A stretch of DNA of 64,000 bases from Okamejei kenojei (Eukaryota), in NCBI GenBank assembly GCA_035221665.1, contig CM069171.1, positions 3,658,001 through 3,722,000 on the forward strand, written 5' to 3'. A program made the position numbers and the translations under genes. Of this stretch, positions 28,970 to 42,205 are shown piece after piece (the stretch's first letter is position 1; each line of letters begins with the position of its first letter). The notes under the pieces were generated by a model. The model was not told the DNA's origin, searched no databases, and saw only the letters and a list, made by a program, of their open reading frames with translations.

Positions 28970-29653
28970 TGACGCAACATGCTGGAGTAACTCAGCGGGG
29001 CAGGCAGCATCTATGGAGAGAAGGAATGGGTGAAGTTTTGGGTCGAGACCCTTCTTAGAAACATAGAAACATAGAAATTAGGTGCAGGAGCAGGCCATTT
29101 GGCCCTTCGAGCCTGCACCGCCATTCAATATGATCATGGCTGATCATCCAACTCAGTATCCTGTACCTGCCTTCTCTCCATACCCCCTGATCCCTTCAGC
29201 CACAAGGGCCACATCCAACTCCCTCTTAAATATGGCCAACGAACTGGCCTCAACTACCTTCTGTGGCAGAGAATTCCACAGATTCACCACTCTCTGTGTG
29301 AAAAACGATTTTCTCATCTCGGTCCTAAAAGACTTCCCCCTTATCCTTAAACTGTGACCCCTTGTCCTGGACTTCCCCAACATCGGGAACAATCTTCCTG
29401 CATCTAGCCTGTCCAACCCCTTAAGAATTGTGTTAGTCTCTATGAGATCACCCCTCAATCATCTAAATTCCAGCGAGTACAAGCCGAGTCTATCCAGTCT
29501 TCTTCTGAATAGGTTCTGAACCTTCTTCTGAAGAAGGGTCTCAACCCGAAACGTCACCCATTCCTTCTCTCCAGAGATGCTGCCTGTCCTGATTTACTCC
29601 AGCATTTTGTGTCTACCTTCGACGTAAACCAGAATCTGCAGTTCTTTCTGACA
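28970..29653. mobile_element. Penelope-derived fold-back element with 15-bp TSD, containing a CR1 3' fragment between its arms
   Basis: catgatcacaaaact at 28955-28969 and 29654-29668. Confidence 0.8.
29057..29503 (-). mobile_element. CR1 (HER1-like) LINE 3' end, young
   Basis: Open ORF2 C-terminus RGDLIE..ILKGLDR...TRGHSLRI...FFTQRVVNLWNSLP; (TTTCTATG)n tail. Confidence 0.9.
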
Positions 29654-29870
29654 CATGATCACAAAACTACAGGATTGTCATAAAGACTTGTTGGTTCACT
29701 AATCCCTTTCAGAGGAGGAAATCTGCCATCCTTTTATATTAGGGATTATTTTACCAGTAGTTTGTATGTTTATGCTTGTGTTTGATGGAAAAAAACATTT
29801 TTGGAGGTAGCAGCTTGAATTTTTATACTTACAAGGTATGTGTTTGACCTTTTGGTTCCTCTTTTCCTAA

Positions 29871-29984
<114 letters not shown>

Positions 29985-31840
29985 TGAAAGAAATATACTT
30001 GGTGTTCAGATATGAATGTTTGATTTTAAGGTTGCTAATATAGATTAATTCTCTAGCACACTTTGCATCTTTTTGTAAGCAAACTTTTCAATTATGATTG
30101 CATAGAATCCCTTGTTCAGAAGTAGACTGAAGTTTTTACTGTAGAAATTTATAATGTTAATTAGCATTGACTGGTTATTGTCAGCAAGATTTTGTAGGTT
30201 GGCCCGAATATATAATGCTCGTGATAGCCCATTCCAGTGACCAATAGGGAGAGTCAGAATGGACTATAGCATGTTAAAATGTCTTTGAGAACCTTGACTA
30301 CAGCAATGCAGGCAGAAATCTTTGCTACACAGAGTGCTGGGCTTGATATTACTTGGAAATCCTCCTTTCAGTGTTCCCTCTAATAAGATCCTTAAAATAA
30401 TTCACAGGTGAAGATGTGGGGGAGCTCCCAATAGACTTATCTCTAATTACTCGTTGAATAATTGTTCTATTAGGTGAACTAGTAATTCTGATGGTGCAAA
30501 AAGTAACAGGAAATCACTTTTTAGACCTTTGAAACGTTACTGCTTTGGTTATATAAAATTTTGATTAGAGTACAAAGTGATACTTTCTAAGTCGTGTTGA
30601 TATCTTTAAATTAATAGTTGGTCAAATACTTAAAGGTGTATTTGCTTGGATCACAGTAAATTGAAGTTACGGATGGAAGAATGTTGGTATTGGATGCCTT
30701 GAGCTAGAATTACCAAGCGATTTGTTTATTTAAAAGTTACATTTAAAAGTAGCTTTATCTTAACATTAGATGTTTGCCAACTGTAGATCAAGAGAAGGAT
30801 GCAGCATTTACACCTACAGGTGGCCAATATAGGCTCAGTGGGATGTAAACTTAATTCCATATTTACATTTATGGTATTTGGATTTATTTAAAGATTTGAG
30901 AAAAATTCCAGCAGCATTTTCCTTGCAGTTATTAACATCCCACCTTGGGAAATGGCTTCCAATATCCCCCATGAGGACACCTATATCATCTGACTGTTAG
31001 CTGCCCCAATGATCTTGTCATTATTTCAGGGAATCCCAGGATAAAGGGTGGGACCTGGAACATGGGAGAAGCACTGGCAGCACAACTTTGTGGTGGGAGG
31101 TGTGGTGGAGTAATTTACAAAATACTATACGGATTTAAAATTCAATATGGTTACTTAAGGAGTGAAAACCTGATTGTGTTGAGTTGCACAATTTGAGCGA
31201 AGTGTATTTTTCCAACTAAGAGCTGTTAATGATGTGGATTTTTTTTGTCTCATAGAATGCACATCCAGAAATATATGGTTTGGGTGTCCTTTAACTCCAA
31301 CGCTATCTGTCGAACAGGTCAACTCCCAACAGATAACGAACCTTTAATGAGATTAAGCTATTGTTGCTCGGCTTTGCAGGAAGTGCTAAAATCCAACTTC
31401 AGTAAACTATGAACATTAGTGTAGGAAATGAATGCCATTAGGGAAAGATGATGCAGATGCTTCCTTGCCAAGTACAAAGCTAAACATGTGCTGATGCAAT
31501 CATCATGCTAGAAGGTTATACTTTGTTCTTAGTGGATTTAACAGTAATGTTGCAGCAGGGACATTTTACTTGGCTGGCGAGTAGTTGTTTTCCAGTTTGT
31601 TTGTGGTATATATCTGTTCCTACAGCCAAGTAAATCCAGTAGTAGTTGAAATTAATTTTGTTTTTATGCTAACTTGGCAGAAAGGGTTCGACCTAGTTTG
31701 GAAAAGAAAATGGATTCAATTGCTCCATTAATAGTCGATGGCTTCCATGCGGGCACAGATGATGGGCAAGGATGAGATTTCCATGTGTGTACGCATGACA
31801 GATAAGGATGAGAATTGGCTTGCACATTGCATTGAAGGAA

Positions 31841-32022
31841 TTTAAGGAACTGCAGATGCTGGAAAATCAAAGGTAGACAAAAGTGCTGGAGAAACTCAGC
31901 GGGTGCAGCAGCACCTATGGAGCGAAGGAAATAGGCAACGTTTCGGGCCGAAACGTTGCCTATTTCCTTCGCTCCATAGATGCTGCTGCACCCGCTGAGT
32001 TCCTCCAGCACTTTTGTCTACC
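31841..32022. mobile_element. Penelope-derived near-perfect palindrome with 14-bp TSD
   Basis: ttgcattgaaggaa at 31827-31840 and 32023-32036; 77-bp arms centred on 31947. Confidence 0.88.
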
Positions 32023-32261
32023 TTGCATTGAAGGAAGTTGAAGTTGCATTTGATCTCATGTAAATTAACGTTTTGAGGTACCCTTTTTCTGGATGTGGCT
32101 ATTCGATAGGCTGGGATATCTGATTTTTAAGGGCCAACTATCTTACTGTTGTGCAGGCTTGAAGCAGTAATTTACACTTGACGTTGCTATAGCTACCTCA
32201 CGAGGCACAGAGAGTACTCCTGAGGGTTTTGTATTAATTGACATTTTTAGTGGAAGAATTC

Positions 32262-32635
32262 TAGAACATAGAGCACGGAAAGGCACAGCACAGGAACATG
32301 CCCCATCTGCCCACAATGCCTGTGCCCAACTTGATGTTAAGATAAACTAATCTCATTTGCCTGCACGTGATCCCTATCCCTCCATTTGGTCATATCTATG
32401 TACCTATCCAAAAACTTCTTAAATGTACCCATTGCATCTCTGCCTCCACTAACACCCTGGCAGTGCATTCCAGGCATCTGCCATTCTGTTTGTATAAAAA
32501 AAAAACTTGCCACATCTCCATTAAACGTTGCCCCTTTCACTTTAAAGTTGTGCCCTCTAGTCTGACATTTCCACTCTAGGATAAAGGCTCTGACTGTCTA
32601 CCCTATCTATGCCTTTCATAATTTTGCATATATAA
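32262..32635 (-). mobile_element. CR1-type LINE 3' fragment
   Basis: tagaacatag tail; similar to the other CR1 3' ends. Confidence 0.7.
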
Positions 32636-34230
32636 TTAGGTAGTTGTATTGAAAACAAGGGTGTTGAGCATAGCATTATTTTAGACTTCCTTCATAATGT
32701 TCTGTTATCCCAACATCTTGCAATTTCAAACCACATTTCCTGTTTTGGTTTTTAAAATCTTTCATCTATATTGCCAAAGTAACGAATATTTCACTTGCGG
32801 CAAAGTAGCCCAATCTTTTGTCAGTGAAATTGCAACGAGTGTCCACTGGGGCATGTGAGCCAAGTACATAATTTGGATGTTTCCATAACATGAAAACATT
32901 TGCAAATGCAATAACATTAGGGCAAACAAATGTTTTGAGACTCAAGATTGAGAAAGATGAATAAAAAGAAAAATTATATTTAGGTGGATAGGCCTTAAGG
33001 ATAGTGTTCTTGGGGCTGTTTGCTGAATTTCAGTGCAAATGATGTTGTAATGTGTTTGATTCTCATTTGATTTTGTGTTGCAATTCATTTGTTTCACCCC
33101 TGTAATATCTGATCACCAGATTAGCAGAAAATGCATGTTAATTTCCACACTTTTTTCAGTTTGTATGTTTGGCAAGATTGTGCTGAAATATGTTTCTAAA
33201 TGATTCTGTTCAAAACTTGGGATTATGTAGACCTGAAAATCCAAAAGAAACCTGGTAATGTGAAGTTAAAGCAATGATTGAAGCCGCAGGTGTGGCCACA
33301 TCTGTGGTAAGGCAGTCAACACTTTAGGCTGCATTCTTTGTTAGAATTGGGACAGAGAAAGCAAGAGAAGGTGGAAACTTAGTCTCGTCCTTTTAGAGGT
33401 TCTCCATTTTAGAGGTTCTCCATTTTTCATTTCCGTCCCTTCCCCACTTGTCTGCAACTTAACAATAAAACAGTTTTTCCACTTTTATAGTTCTGCCAAA
33501 GGTCTCTGACCTGAAACATTTTCCATGGCTGCAACCTGACTTGAGTGTTTTCAACATTTTGGAGGCTGAATCAGGCCTGTTGTTGCATTTTCAGGAGCAA
33601 ATGTGTGTTTAGTACTTAAATTATTATTTTTTTAACCTCCAACTGATTTTTAGTTGGATAAATTTAATAGCTTACTATTGATATGCATCAGCAGATTTAC
33701 TTGATTGTACTAAATACAGTGCACCAGCGCTATTCGCGTATTTTACTTGGACTGATTTTGTAGCCAGGATCTATACTGCTGGAGGCTTTACAGGATGGAA
33801 TAAACAAACCTTGATTAATGAAGATTTTCATTTTAATTTCTGTAGAAATGGCTGAAGAAGGCAAATTGGCACACTTTAGTCTAATCTTTTGCTCCGTATT
33901 TACTGATGACCATAATATTAATCATTGACCTTTAATGTGTGTTCTGAAATATTAATGTCAATCAATTTCTGGTTAGGGATCTAATTTTTCCCATGGATGG
34001 TTATATTTGAGTATCTGACTCATGGTGATTACTTTTTCTGATGGTGAGAAACATTGCTATTATAACTTGTGTGCAGCTCCAATGGATATGCGGTAGAAAG
34101 TTGTAAGTGTGCTGCATCGCTTTGCTTTTTGAACTCGAGTTAACTGTCTTAGTTAACTGTTTGATTGGTCCATGGATATAAGCACAAGTATTTGATGATA
34201 AAGATTGGGATGTTGACTAGAAGCTTCTAA

Positions 34231-34410
<180 letters not shown>

Positions 34411-34532
34411 TAAATTTCTTGGTTCTAGGCATGATGCTGCACCTCTGCTCTTGCATACCGTACGATAAGAGTACTTGTTTTTCTGCTTATGGCATGATGC
34501 AACCTTACTCTGCTAACTTTCTCTCTGCACAG

Positions 34533-34618
34533 ATATTGTAGGCACTCTCAGGCCAGATGAAAAGGCTATAATGACTTACGTTTCATGCTACTACCATGCC
34601 TTCTCAGGTGCTCAAAAG
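34533..34618 (+). CDS. ACTN4: ACTN4 mutually exclusive exon 8b (86 nt)
   Basis: tgctaac branch motif, ctctctgcacag|AT...AAG|gtgag; [29 protein letters not shown]; same length and phase as 8a. Confidence 0.95.
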
Positions 34619-34785
34619 GTGAGCTCTTGACTCATGCAAACATTCTATCCTCCTGTGTGCTTTTGGTCTTCTGTGGGTGCTTATCTCTTGTAGGGTGGTG
34701 AATGTTCTATATCCATTTGTATATTGTGCACAGGCATTTTCTGTATGATAATGAGTGTCATTTTTTAAAGGTGCATAGTGTGTGC

Positions 34786-34808
34786 ATATATATATATATA
34801 TATATATA
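34786..34808. repeat. (AT)n microsatellite
   Basis: Direct reading. Confidence 0.9.
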
Positions 34809-36674
34809 CACATATTATATTCAAAATAAGCATAGCTCTTGTCATATGCAAACGAACTACCCGGATTCCATAATATTTTGAACAAGGCCCTTGGGCTACC
34901 TCTGGTCAATCCTTGTTCTCTGTTCCCACTTACTATACCCCTTCCCTCTGTGCAGCAATATATCTGAGTTTAATTATATTGTCTGCATATCCTTCCGAGA
35001 AACTATACTATTCTATTGAAATCTACTTTCGCTACTAATTTCAAAACTTTGTTAAAGTCCCAGTATTAGAATTTTCACCATATATTTGGATGGCTGGAAA
35101 TGTATTTTTTTTTTTTTCCCCCCATGTTCAGGGATTCCCATTATTCCCAATAATGCCAGAAAACTAAAGTTGTGAAGAGGACATTTTATGACCTAAAACA
35201 CCAAAATGTTAAATGTCTTCTATATAAGAAAGGTGGGATATTAGGGGGAGAAGAATTCTAGAATTGTGCTATGCATAGTGTCTAGTCCTGTCTTCATACC
35301 ATTTGTAGTGTGGGTGTTATCTCAGCAATGATAAGGGTGGTTATGGTTAGGTCCATAGTAAATATAAATATGTATAAGTGGTCTTATTTATTTGCTGACC
35401 TTCAATGTAATTCTGCTAATTGACATTGTCAGGATGATTAGTGACAATTTGAAGAGAAAATGAAGCAAAATCAAAATTTTAAGCCTAATCTATTTCGATC
35501 TACTACATAAAACAACCCCCGAAAAGCCCTAAAGATTACACTAAATGTACAGTGCAATTTGCATACATTTAATATTCCTTTATTATAAAATAACTTCATG
35601 AACTTGTTCTCACCTGTCAACCATTGCTGTCTCTTTTTTTCCCCCTCTATGTAGACCCTTTGTTTCCATCAATGGTGACCAGCTCTCATCTGCATTTGTT
35701 CTGCCTATGTATATTTTTTGCTGTGTAACAGGTATAAAAGCCTCCCTTTCCTGTTGTCACTTGGCAATGAATGGTTTGCCACTGACACTGTATGTGCTTT
35801 TTGGAGCAATATGCTTTATTTCACATATCACTTCATTGTCACTCTCTTAACTTGGTAATTTAAAGGTTGTGATATGGTTTGCTGCATGTATCAATGTGAA
35901 TAGGTGTACAATGAAATGCTTTTTCTTCCTTTAGTGATTCTTTACTAATTCATTCTGCAAAATTGAGTTGACAGTTAAAGTAGTCAATCCTTTGAATGTA
36001 GATTAAGGCACGGGCACTGGAAGCAGAATCCTTGGGGCAAGGGTACATGCTTCGATGTGGCATACTAGCTTGCTTTCACTTTCTTTGCGAATCCCATACA
36101 GTACAGATGGATTACAAAATTGCTTTGTTATCTATAATGAAATGGAATACTAATAGGCATTTTTTAAGTTGAGTGCTGCATTAGCATGCTGCCATGTTGC
36201 TCATGTTAGTTTGGGGTGGGTCAGGTGAGTGGCATTTCTGCACTAATCCTGGTTGTAGTGATGCATGCTTATATTTCTGACCAAAATCCATAATTGCCAG
36301 TCTTTGTCCTTAAGGAGGGGGGGAGGGCAGGGGGGAGAAAGGAGATGAAGCCTTTTGGGGATACTCAGATTTTTAGATCAATCTAATCTTTGTTTACTTG
36401 CATTTCAAATCACTCATTTTGTCTCTTGAACCAATCTTTGCTTAAATGACACTCATTTGTGAAGCTTAATCTAAGCTGAATGTAGTGTGAACATCATGAC
36501 CTGCAGAATGGCAATTTTATTTGAGATGTTTGCTCTTGGAATTGAAAGGTAATTTTAATAACTTTGATAATGACATTTTAATATTGTGCCCTATCAATCT
36601 GTCTGAACTTTGCATAACTTTTTCCATAAAATTTTAAGTGCTGCAATTTCTAACCATGTATTTGTTCCCAATAG

Positions 36675-36821
<147 letters not shown>

Positions 36822-36842
36822 TGAGTATAATCTAGAAGAATG

Positions 36843-36932
36843 GGTAGACACAAAATGCAGGAGCAACTCAACGGGACAGGCATCATCTCTGGAGTGAAGG
36901 AATGGGTGACGCTTTGTGTATAGACCCTTCCG
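36843..36932 (-). mobile_element. Penelope-like 3' fragment with 12-bp TSD
   Basis: tctagaagaatg at 36831-36842 and 36933-36944. Confidence 0.78.
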
Positions 36933-38635
36933 TCTAGAAGAATGCATTTGTTTAAAAACTATTACAATTTGTGGATGGTCATCAAACCGAAAACAAATGC
37001 GAAAAGCCGGTAGTCTTAAATTTCTTAACAATAACTGAACACATCTGTGGATTAGTTTTGGGGTTTGTTCCATCAAAAGGCTTTTTGCAAATCAGCCGAT
37101 TATTATACTTTGGCATGATCATCAAACTGTTTGGCCAGATAGCTCATTTGTGCGATGGATTTGTGGAACAATAAGACAGCTGAACTGTCATTTTGGCTGA
37201 TCATCATTTGTGCCTGTTCCGAATTACTGAGCTCCACATTCTGCAAGGGATGATGCCCATTTTGGAATCTATGACTTTGTTAATGTTTAGTTCCCAGTTT
37301 ATCACGTTACCATCAGAAGGTGCTTATTCAGGGAAAAATGACCGATGAATGTATAATTTTACAGATATATTTGTAGAGACTTTTGATTAAATGTGCAGGG
37401 AAGGAGATGGAAGTTTGTTCATGATTTTGTTCTCCATGCGACTAATGTAGTTGACTTCTAAATGCTCCTTAAATGACCTATGCCACTATGTTCAGGGGCA
37501 ATTGGGGATAAGTTGTAAATGCTGGCCTTGACAGTGACGCATATTGAAGAATCAATGGATTTTTAAAATTTATAATTATAATAAACTCTCTTGCAAATTC
37601 TAGGAAGATGCTGAGGACTCATCCAGGAGCTCTAAGTTCCATTAGGATCATAGAAGACAATGTCATGCCCCCTAACAATTTCTGATTTGCAAATGTTAAT
37701 AACCTTTACAACAGTGTATATTCAAGCAAGAAATGCTTGTAAATTTGTATTTAACGTTTCCTAGATTTGGGGGTTCCAATAATTTGGGGAATAACAAATG
37801 TATTTAAATTCTGGAAATTGAACAGTGTTAAAACCGCAATCCTGAGGTTTTGTATTTTGACAAATTTCTGTTGGTCCATTTATCCTTCATGGGCTGCACT
37901 TGCTGGCAAAGCCAACATTTATTAGTCTGTAATAGTCCTTGAACTGAGTAGCTAGGTGTCCATTTCAGAGGGCTTTTAAAAGTTAATCCAAGTGAGGCAC
38001 TTGTGCCAATTGAGCTCAGGATAATTTATTTCCTTCCCTGAATGAATTTTATTTAAAAGAAGGTATTGTCATTTATTGGTATTTTCATAATTGTGATTAC
38101 TGATGATAATTTCATATTCAATTCTGTTTGAGTGTATTTAAATTCCCAAGCTACTGTGAGATTTGAGATCAACATTTAATTTGTTGTCCTGTAACAACTG
38201 GTTCTTATCCTAATAAAAATGGCCATGGTTTTGGAATTATAATAGTCGGTCCCTTTTAAAGTGCTACCTTAAGAACCAGTTGTTGCAGGACCACAAACCA
38301 AATATTTAGCTCACATCTCTCATTGGTGTTGCAATTAAAAAAAAAACTTAAAATTTATATTTTAGATGTTTCTTTAAATTATGTTAAATAGGTCAAGGAG
38401 GTGTGGTGGAATGCTGACTAACATGAGACATGTACTGGGGAAGTGAATAGCAGTCATCAGTGTTTGCTGTTTAAAATTGGTGTTAATGGTGCAATTTTGG
38501 TACTTATGACTAAATATTATAGGGAATTTTAGTAAACGATGAAGTGCCTTTTCAATGGATTTCTTGTTTTCAAAAGCATTTCTAAGCTTTAAAAATTTTG
38601 ATCACCTTTTGTATTTTGTGCTGTTTTGTTTCCAG

Positions 38636-38866
38636 TTATTGGAATGGATTCGCCAAACCAAACCCTGGCTTGAGAACAGGGAACCTGAGAAAACCATGCA
38701 AGCTATGCAGCAAAAACTGGAAGACTTCCGTGATTACCGACGTGTCCACAAGCCACCAAAGGTACAAGAGAAGTGTCAGCTTGAAATCAACTTCAACACC
38801 CTTCAGACCAAACTCCGCCTCAGCAACCGGCCAGCGTTTATGCCTTCTGAAGGGAAAATGATCTCG
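38636..38866 (+). CDS. ACTN4: ACTN4 exon 10 (231 nt)
   Basis: tttccag|TTA...TCG|gtaag; [15 protein letters not shown]...[32 protein letters not shown]. Confidence 0.97.
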
Positions 38867-40074
38867 GTAAGAAACATTTAACTTTTAATCCATTGCCGCA
38901 GTTGAGTTGGAATTGGAAAATTGTATCTGACGTTTATCACATAAACTCTATACACTTTAGCTTTGTTACCTTCTGCTTCCCTTCACTTCCCCAGGCTAAC
39001 TGCAAAGATTTAATTTTCTCAGTTGCACACTGAACTGCAATCCTGCATGTCCTGCTTATATTTGGATACACTATTGAAATAGTTGTCCCTGTTAGAGCGT
39101 ATTCATTAGCTTCCTGGTTAAAAACTGTTAGCCTAAAATTGGTTGAGAATCAAACTAGGAACACATTTTGTATGTGGAGCAATACTATGTTCCCCGTAAG
39201 AATTCATTAACACCATTGGTTTTCATACTTTACACCAGTAATGTTCCATTCACTTTGAGACGTGGGCTTCCTGCCTTCCTCTAATGGCCCTTGAAGTGTG
39301 ACGGGCATTCCCACAGTGTTTGAATTCCATGATTTAGGCCTGCTGGTGACTAAATGGTGAGCGAGATTCCAATCTCCAAGGTAATATATTACTGCAAGTG
39401 TCCTGTAGTAGATGGTGTTTCCATGTGTTTCTGCTCTTGGTAGAGATAGGGTGTTGGATAGATGCTGCTGTGTATTTTAAATTGAAAGAACAATTTACTC
39501 AAAGCAGTAGAATCCATTGACATTACAATTGAAATCCATGGGATATAAATTTGGTTGTTTTGTTTTAATGGGACCAGTTGAATGGAGATTGATAGGAAGG
39601 TGGTGTGGAATGGTGAGTTCACTGTGACTCTTGGTGAGGGAAATGCATAGTGGGTATGAAATATCGCTTGTGTGGCTGCATCTGTACTCGTCCAGTGTAG
39701 TTTGTCCATTTTGTAGATAGTGGGAACACTGAGTCACTTGCCGTAGGTTACCCAGTGTACCATCTGATCTTATTTCCATTGAACCAATGTGACTAGTGTT
39801 AGGTTTCTGGTCAATAGCAACTCCCAGGCAGCTAAGGGTGGGAATTTGTTGATGGAATTAAATGTCCAGTATAGATGATTAAATGTTCCAGTTGGAGATG
39901 GTCAGTACTTGGCACTGGTTTAGCAAGATATGCAACAACAAACTCTATGCCAAAGTATTTTTGGACTTTTTCTGCACAAGAAAGTAGCCAAAAGTGGATA
40001 GTTTATATTCTTTGGTCTTGAACCAACCAATAATGTTGTTTCCCTTTTTTGTTGCACAATCTAAAATTGTTTGA

Positions 40075-40290
40075 CATGCAGCATCCGTGGAGGGAATGGA
40101 CAAACAGCGTTTTAGGTCGGGTCCCTTCTTCAGACTCCGCTCCTGACCTGAAATGCAGTCTGTATGGCCTAAAGAAGGATCCCAACCTGAAATGGTCGCC
40201 TGGCCATTCCCTCCACAGATGCAGCCTGATCCACATCTGTGTTCAATATTTTATTGTTGAAGATTACAGCAACTGCAGTCTTTTGTTTCA
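40075..40290. mobile_element. Older Penelope-derived fold-back insertion
   Basis: gcagcatccgtggagggaatgg... / ...ccattccctccacagatgcagc. Confidence 0.65.
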
Positions 40291-40654
40291 GCATTAAGAA
40301 ATGACAGCCCTAATACCTGTGATAAAGTTAGGATGGGTGTTTTTCTGTTTGGGGAAGGAATTGGAGGAAGTAGAGGTGCTTGATTATGGGACTAGTTTTG
40401 TGGAAAAATATCCTTCAATGTTCATAGTGTGGTGTGGGGGAATGCAGGCCACTGTTGGCATCAAAACAAATATTTGCAAATGGAACAAGTTGCCTCTTTG
40501 GTTTATTGGATCTTGATGTGCATGAACTAGCCACTCTATTTACAAGCTTCAAGTACTTTAATTTTAATTCCATGAATGAAAACCGTGGGTGATTAGATGA
40601 GCTTCAGTGGAAATTGCTGGAGAAGCGATGAAGGATCATCTCATTTGGATAGGA

Positions 40655-40945
40655 TGCAACGGTAGAGTTACTGCGTTACTGCAATTGCAGCGCCGGAGAC
40701 CCAGATTCTATTCCGACTATGGTTGCTGTCTGTAGGGAGTTTGTACATTCTCCCCGTGACCATGTGGGTTTTCTACTGAGATATTCAGTTTCCTCCCACA
40801 CCCCTAGACGTTCAGGTTTGTAGGTAAATTGTCTTGGTATAAATGTAAATTGCCCCTAGTGTGTACGACAGCGTTAATGTGTGGTGGTCAGTGCGAACTC
40901 AGTGCTCCGAAAGGCCTGTTTCCATATTGTATCTCTAAACTAAAC
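40655..40945 (+). mobile_element. V-SINE (HE1-like)
   Basis: gagtttgtacattctccccgtgacc...tttcctcccaca; (ctaaa)n tail. Confidence 0.78.
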
Positions 40946-41347
40946 TATGAAGCTTTTCACTGTAGCTCGGTACACGTGACAAACTAAACTAACACTTGAT
41001 GCATTAATGCTTGAAGTAGCGAAAGGCAATTGTTCACTAATTATGGCCATCAGTTAATTCATAACAAATCCAAACAAATGGTGGCAACCTGTATCGGTGG
41101 ACTGCTTTAGGAACACTAGTCCGTAGGCCCAGGTTCTTCCTGAGTCTGTTTGTTGGTGGAATAAGCAGTTCATGTCAAACGTGAACTCTTAACCTTTCCT
41201 GAAGGAACTCCCTCATTTAGATTTTAAATTGCTTGCATGTATGTGCATTATACATTATTTTTAATTAGATAATACTGTGCAAATATTTATGACACTGCTT
41301 CATTTCCATTAGGCTCCTGTGGAATAATATATTTTGGTTGTGTATAG

Positions 41348-41495
41348 GATATTAATAATGCATGGCAAGGTCTGGAGCAAGCAGAGAAAGGGTACGAGGA
41401 ATGGCTGCTGAACGAGATCAGGAGGCTGGAAAGACTTGATCATCTGGCAGAAAAATTCAGGCAGAAAGCTTCCATCCACGAAGATTGGACCACAG
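41348..41495 (+). CDS. ACTN4: ACTN4 exon 11 (148 nt)
   Basis: tgtatag|GAT...ACAG|gtaat; [49 protein letters not shown]. Confidence 0.97.
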
Positions 41496-42009
41496 GTAAT
41501 GTTCCAATTTTATAATTGTGTATATATAGCATTCTAAATTTAGGATGATCATCTAAGTTTAAAATCATGGCTTTAATCAAAACCTACTTGGCTACCAATT
41601 GATAAACAATAAATGGATTAAGCTATGAATTTTGTTGCTGCAAGGCAACCTTTTTTGTCAACCCTTGGTAAAAACATAACTGACATTTGGAGCTCAAATC
41701 TTCTTTCCTCTCAGCAAGATTTACACTGGACCCATAATCAAGTTATCCAGAAGCTGTTTTGTTTTGTTCAACGATCCCAGCTGCTGAATAATAAATACTG
41801 CAATTATCAATGTACCAATTCCTGATGTTGCATCCAAACCACCCGACGAGTGCTATATACGTGAAATTTGCACAACTGGGCTCTAATTAATGTACCTCGA
41901 GATTTCCATGGAAACAAGAGAATAAAATTTGAGGGAAGTTGACCAGAAAGACCCATTTATTTAATTGCATCTGTATTCCACAATTGGAGATTTGTAATAG
42001 AAAAAAATA

Positions 42010-42205
42010 CATGCCCTTTGGCCCACCGAGTCTGCACCGACCAACGATTCATCCTATGCACCAGGGATGATTTACAGAAGCCCATTAACCTACAAACCTG
42101 CACGTCATTGGAATGTTGGTGGATGCCGGAGCACCCAGAGGAAACAAGTTTGGTCACGGGGAGAATGTATAATAAACTCCATCCATGTCGGGATCAAACC
42201 TGGGT
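42010..42205 (-). mobile_element. V-SINE fragment, degenerate
   Basis: ggcccaccgagtctgcaccgacc...ggtcacggggagaatgta. Confidence 0.65.

Noticed and set aside
29826-29841. Donor-like AAG|gtatgt upstream of exon 7
   Set aside because: It would leave only a 38-nt intron and there is no supported upstream exon.
35625-35737. Possible third exon-8 variant after a strong pyrimidine tract (AG at 35653-35654)
   Set aside because: No similarity to 8a/8b; the 77-nt version has in-frame stops and the 20-nt version has a weak donor.
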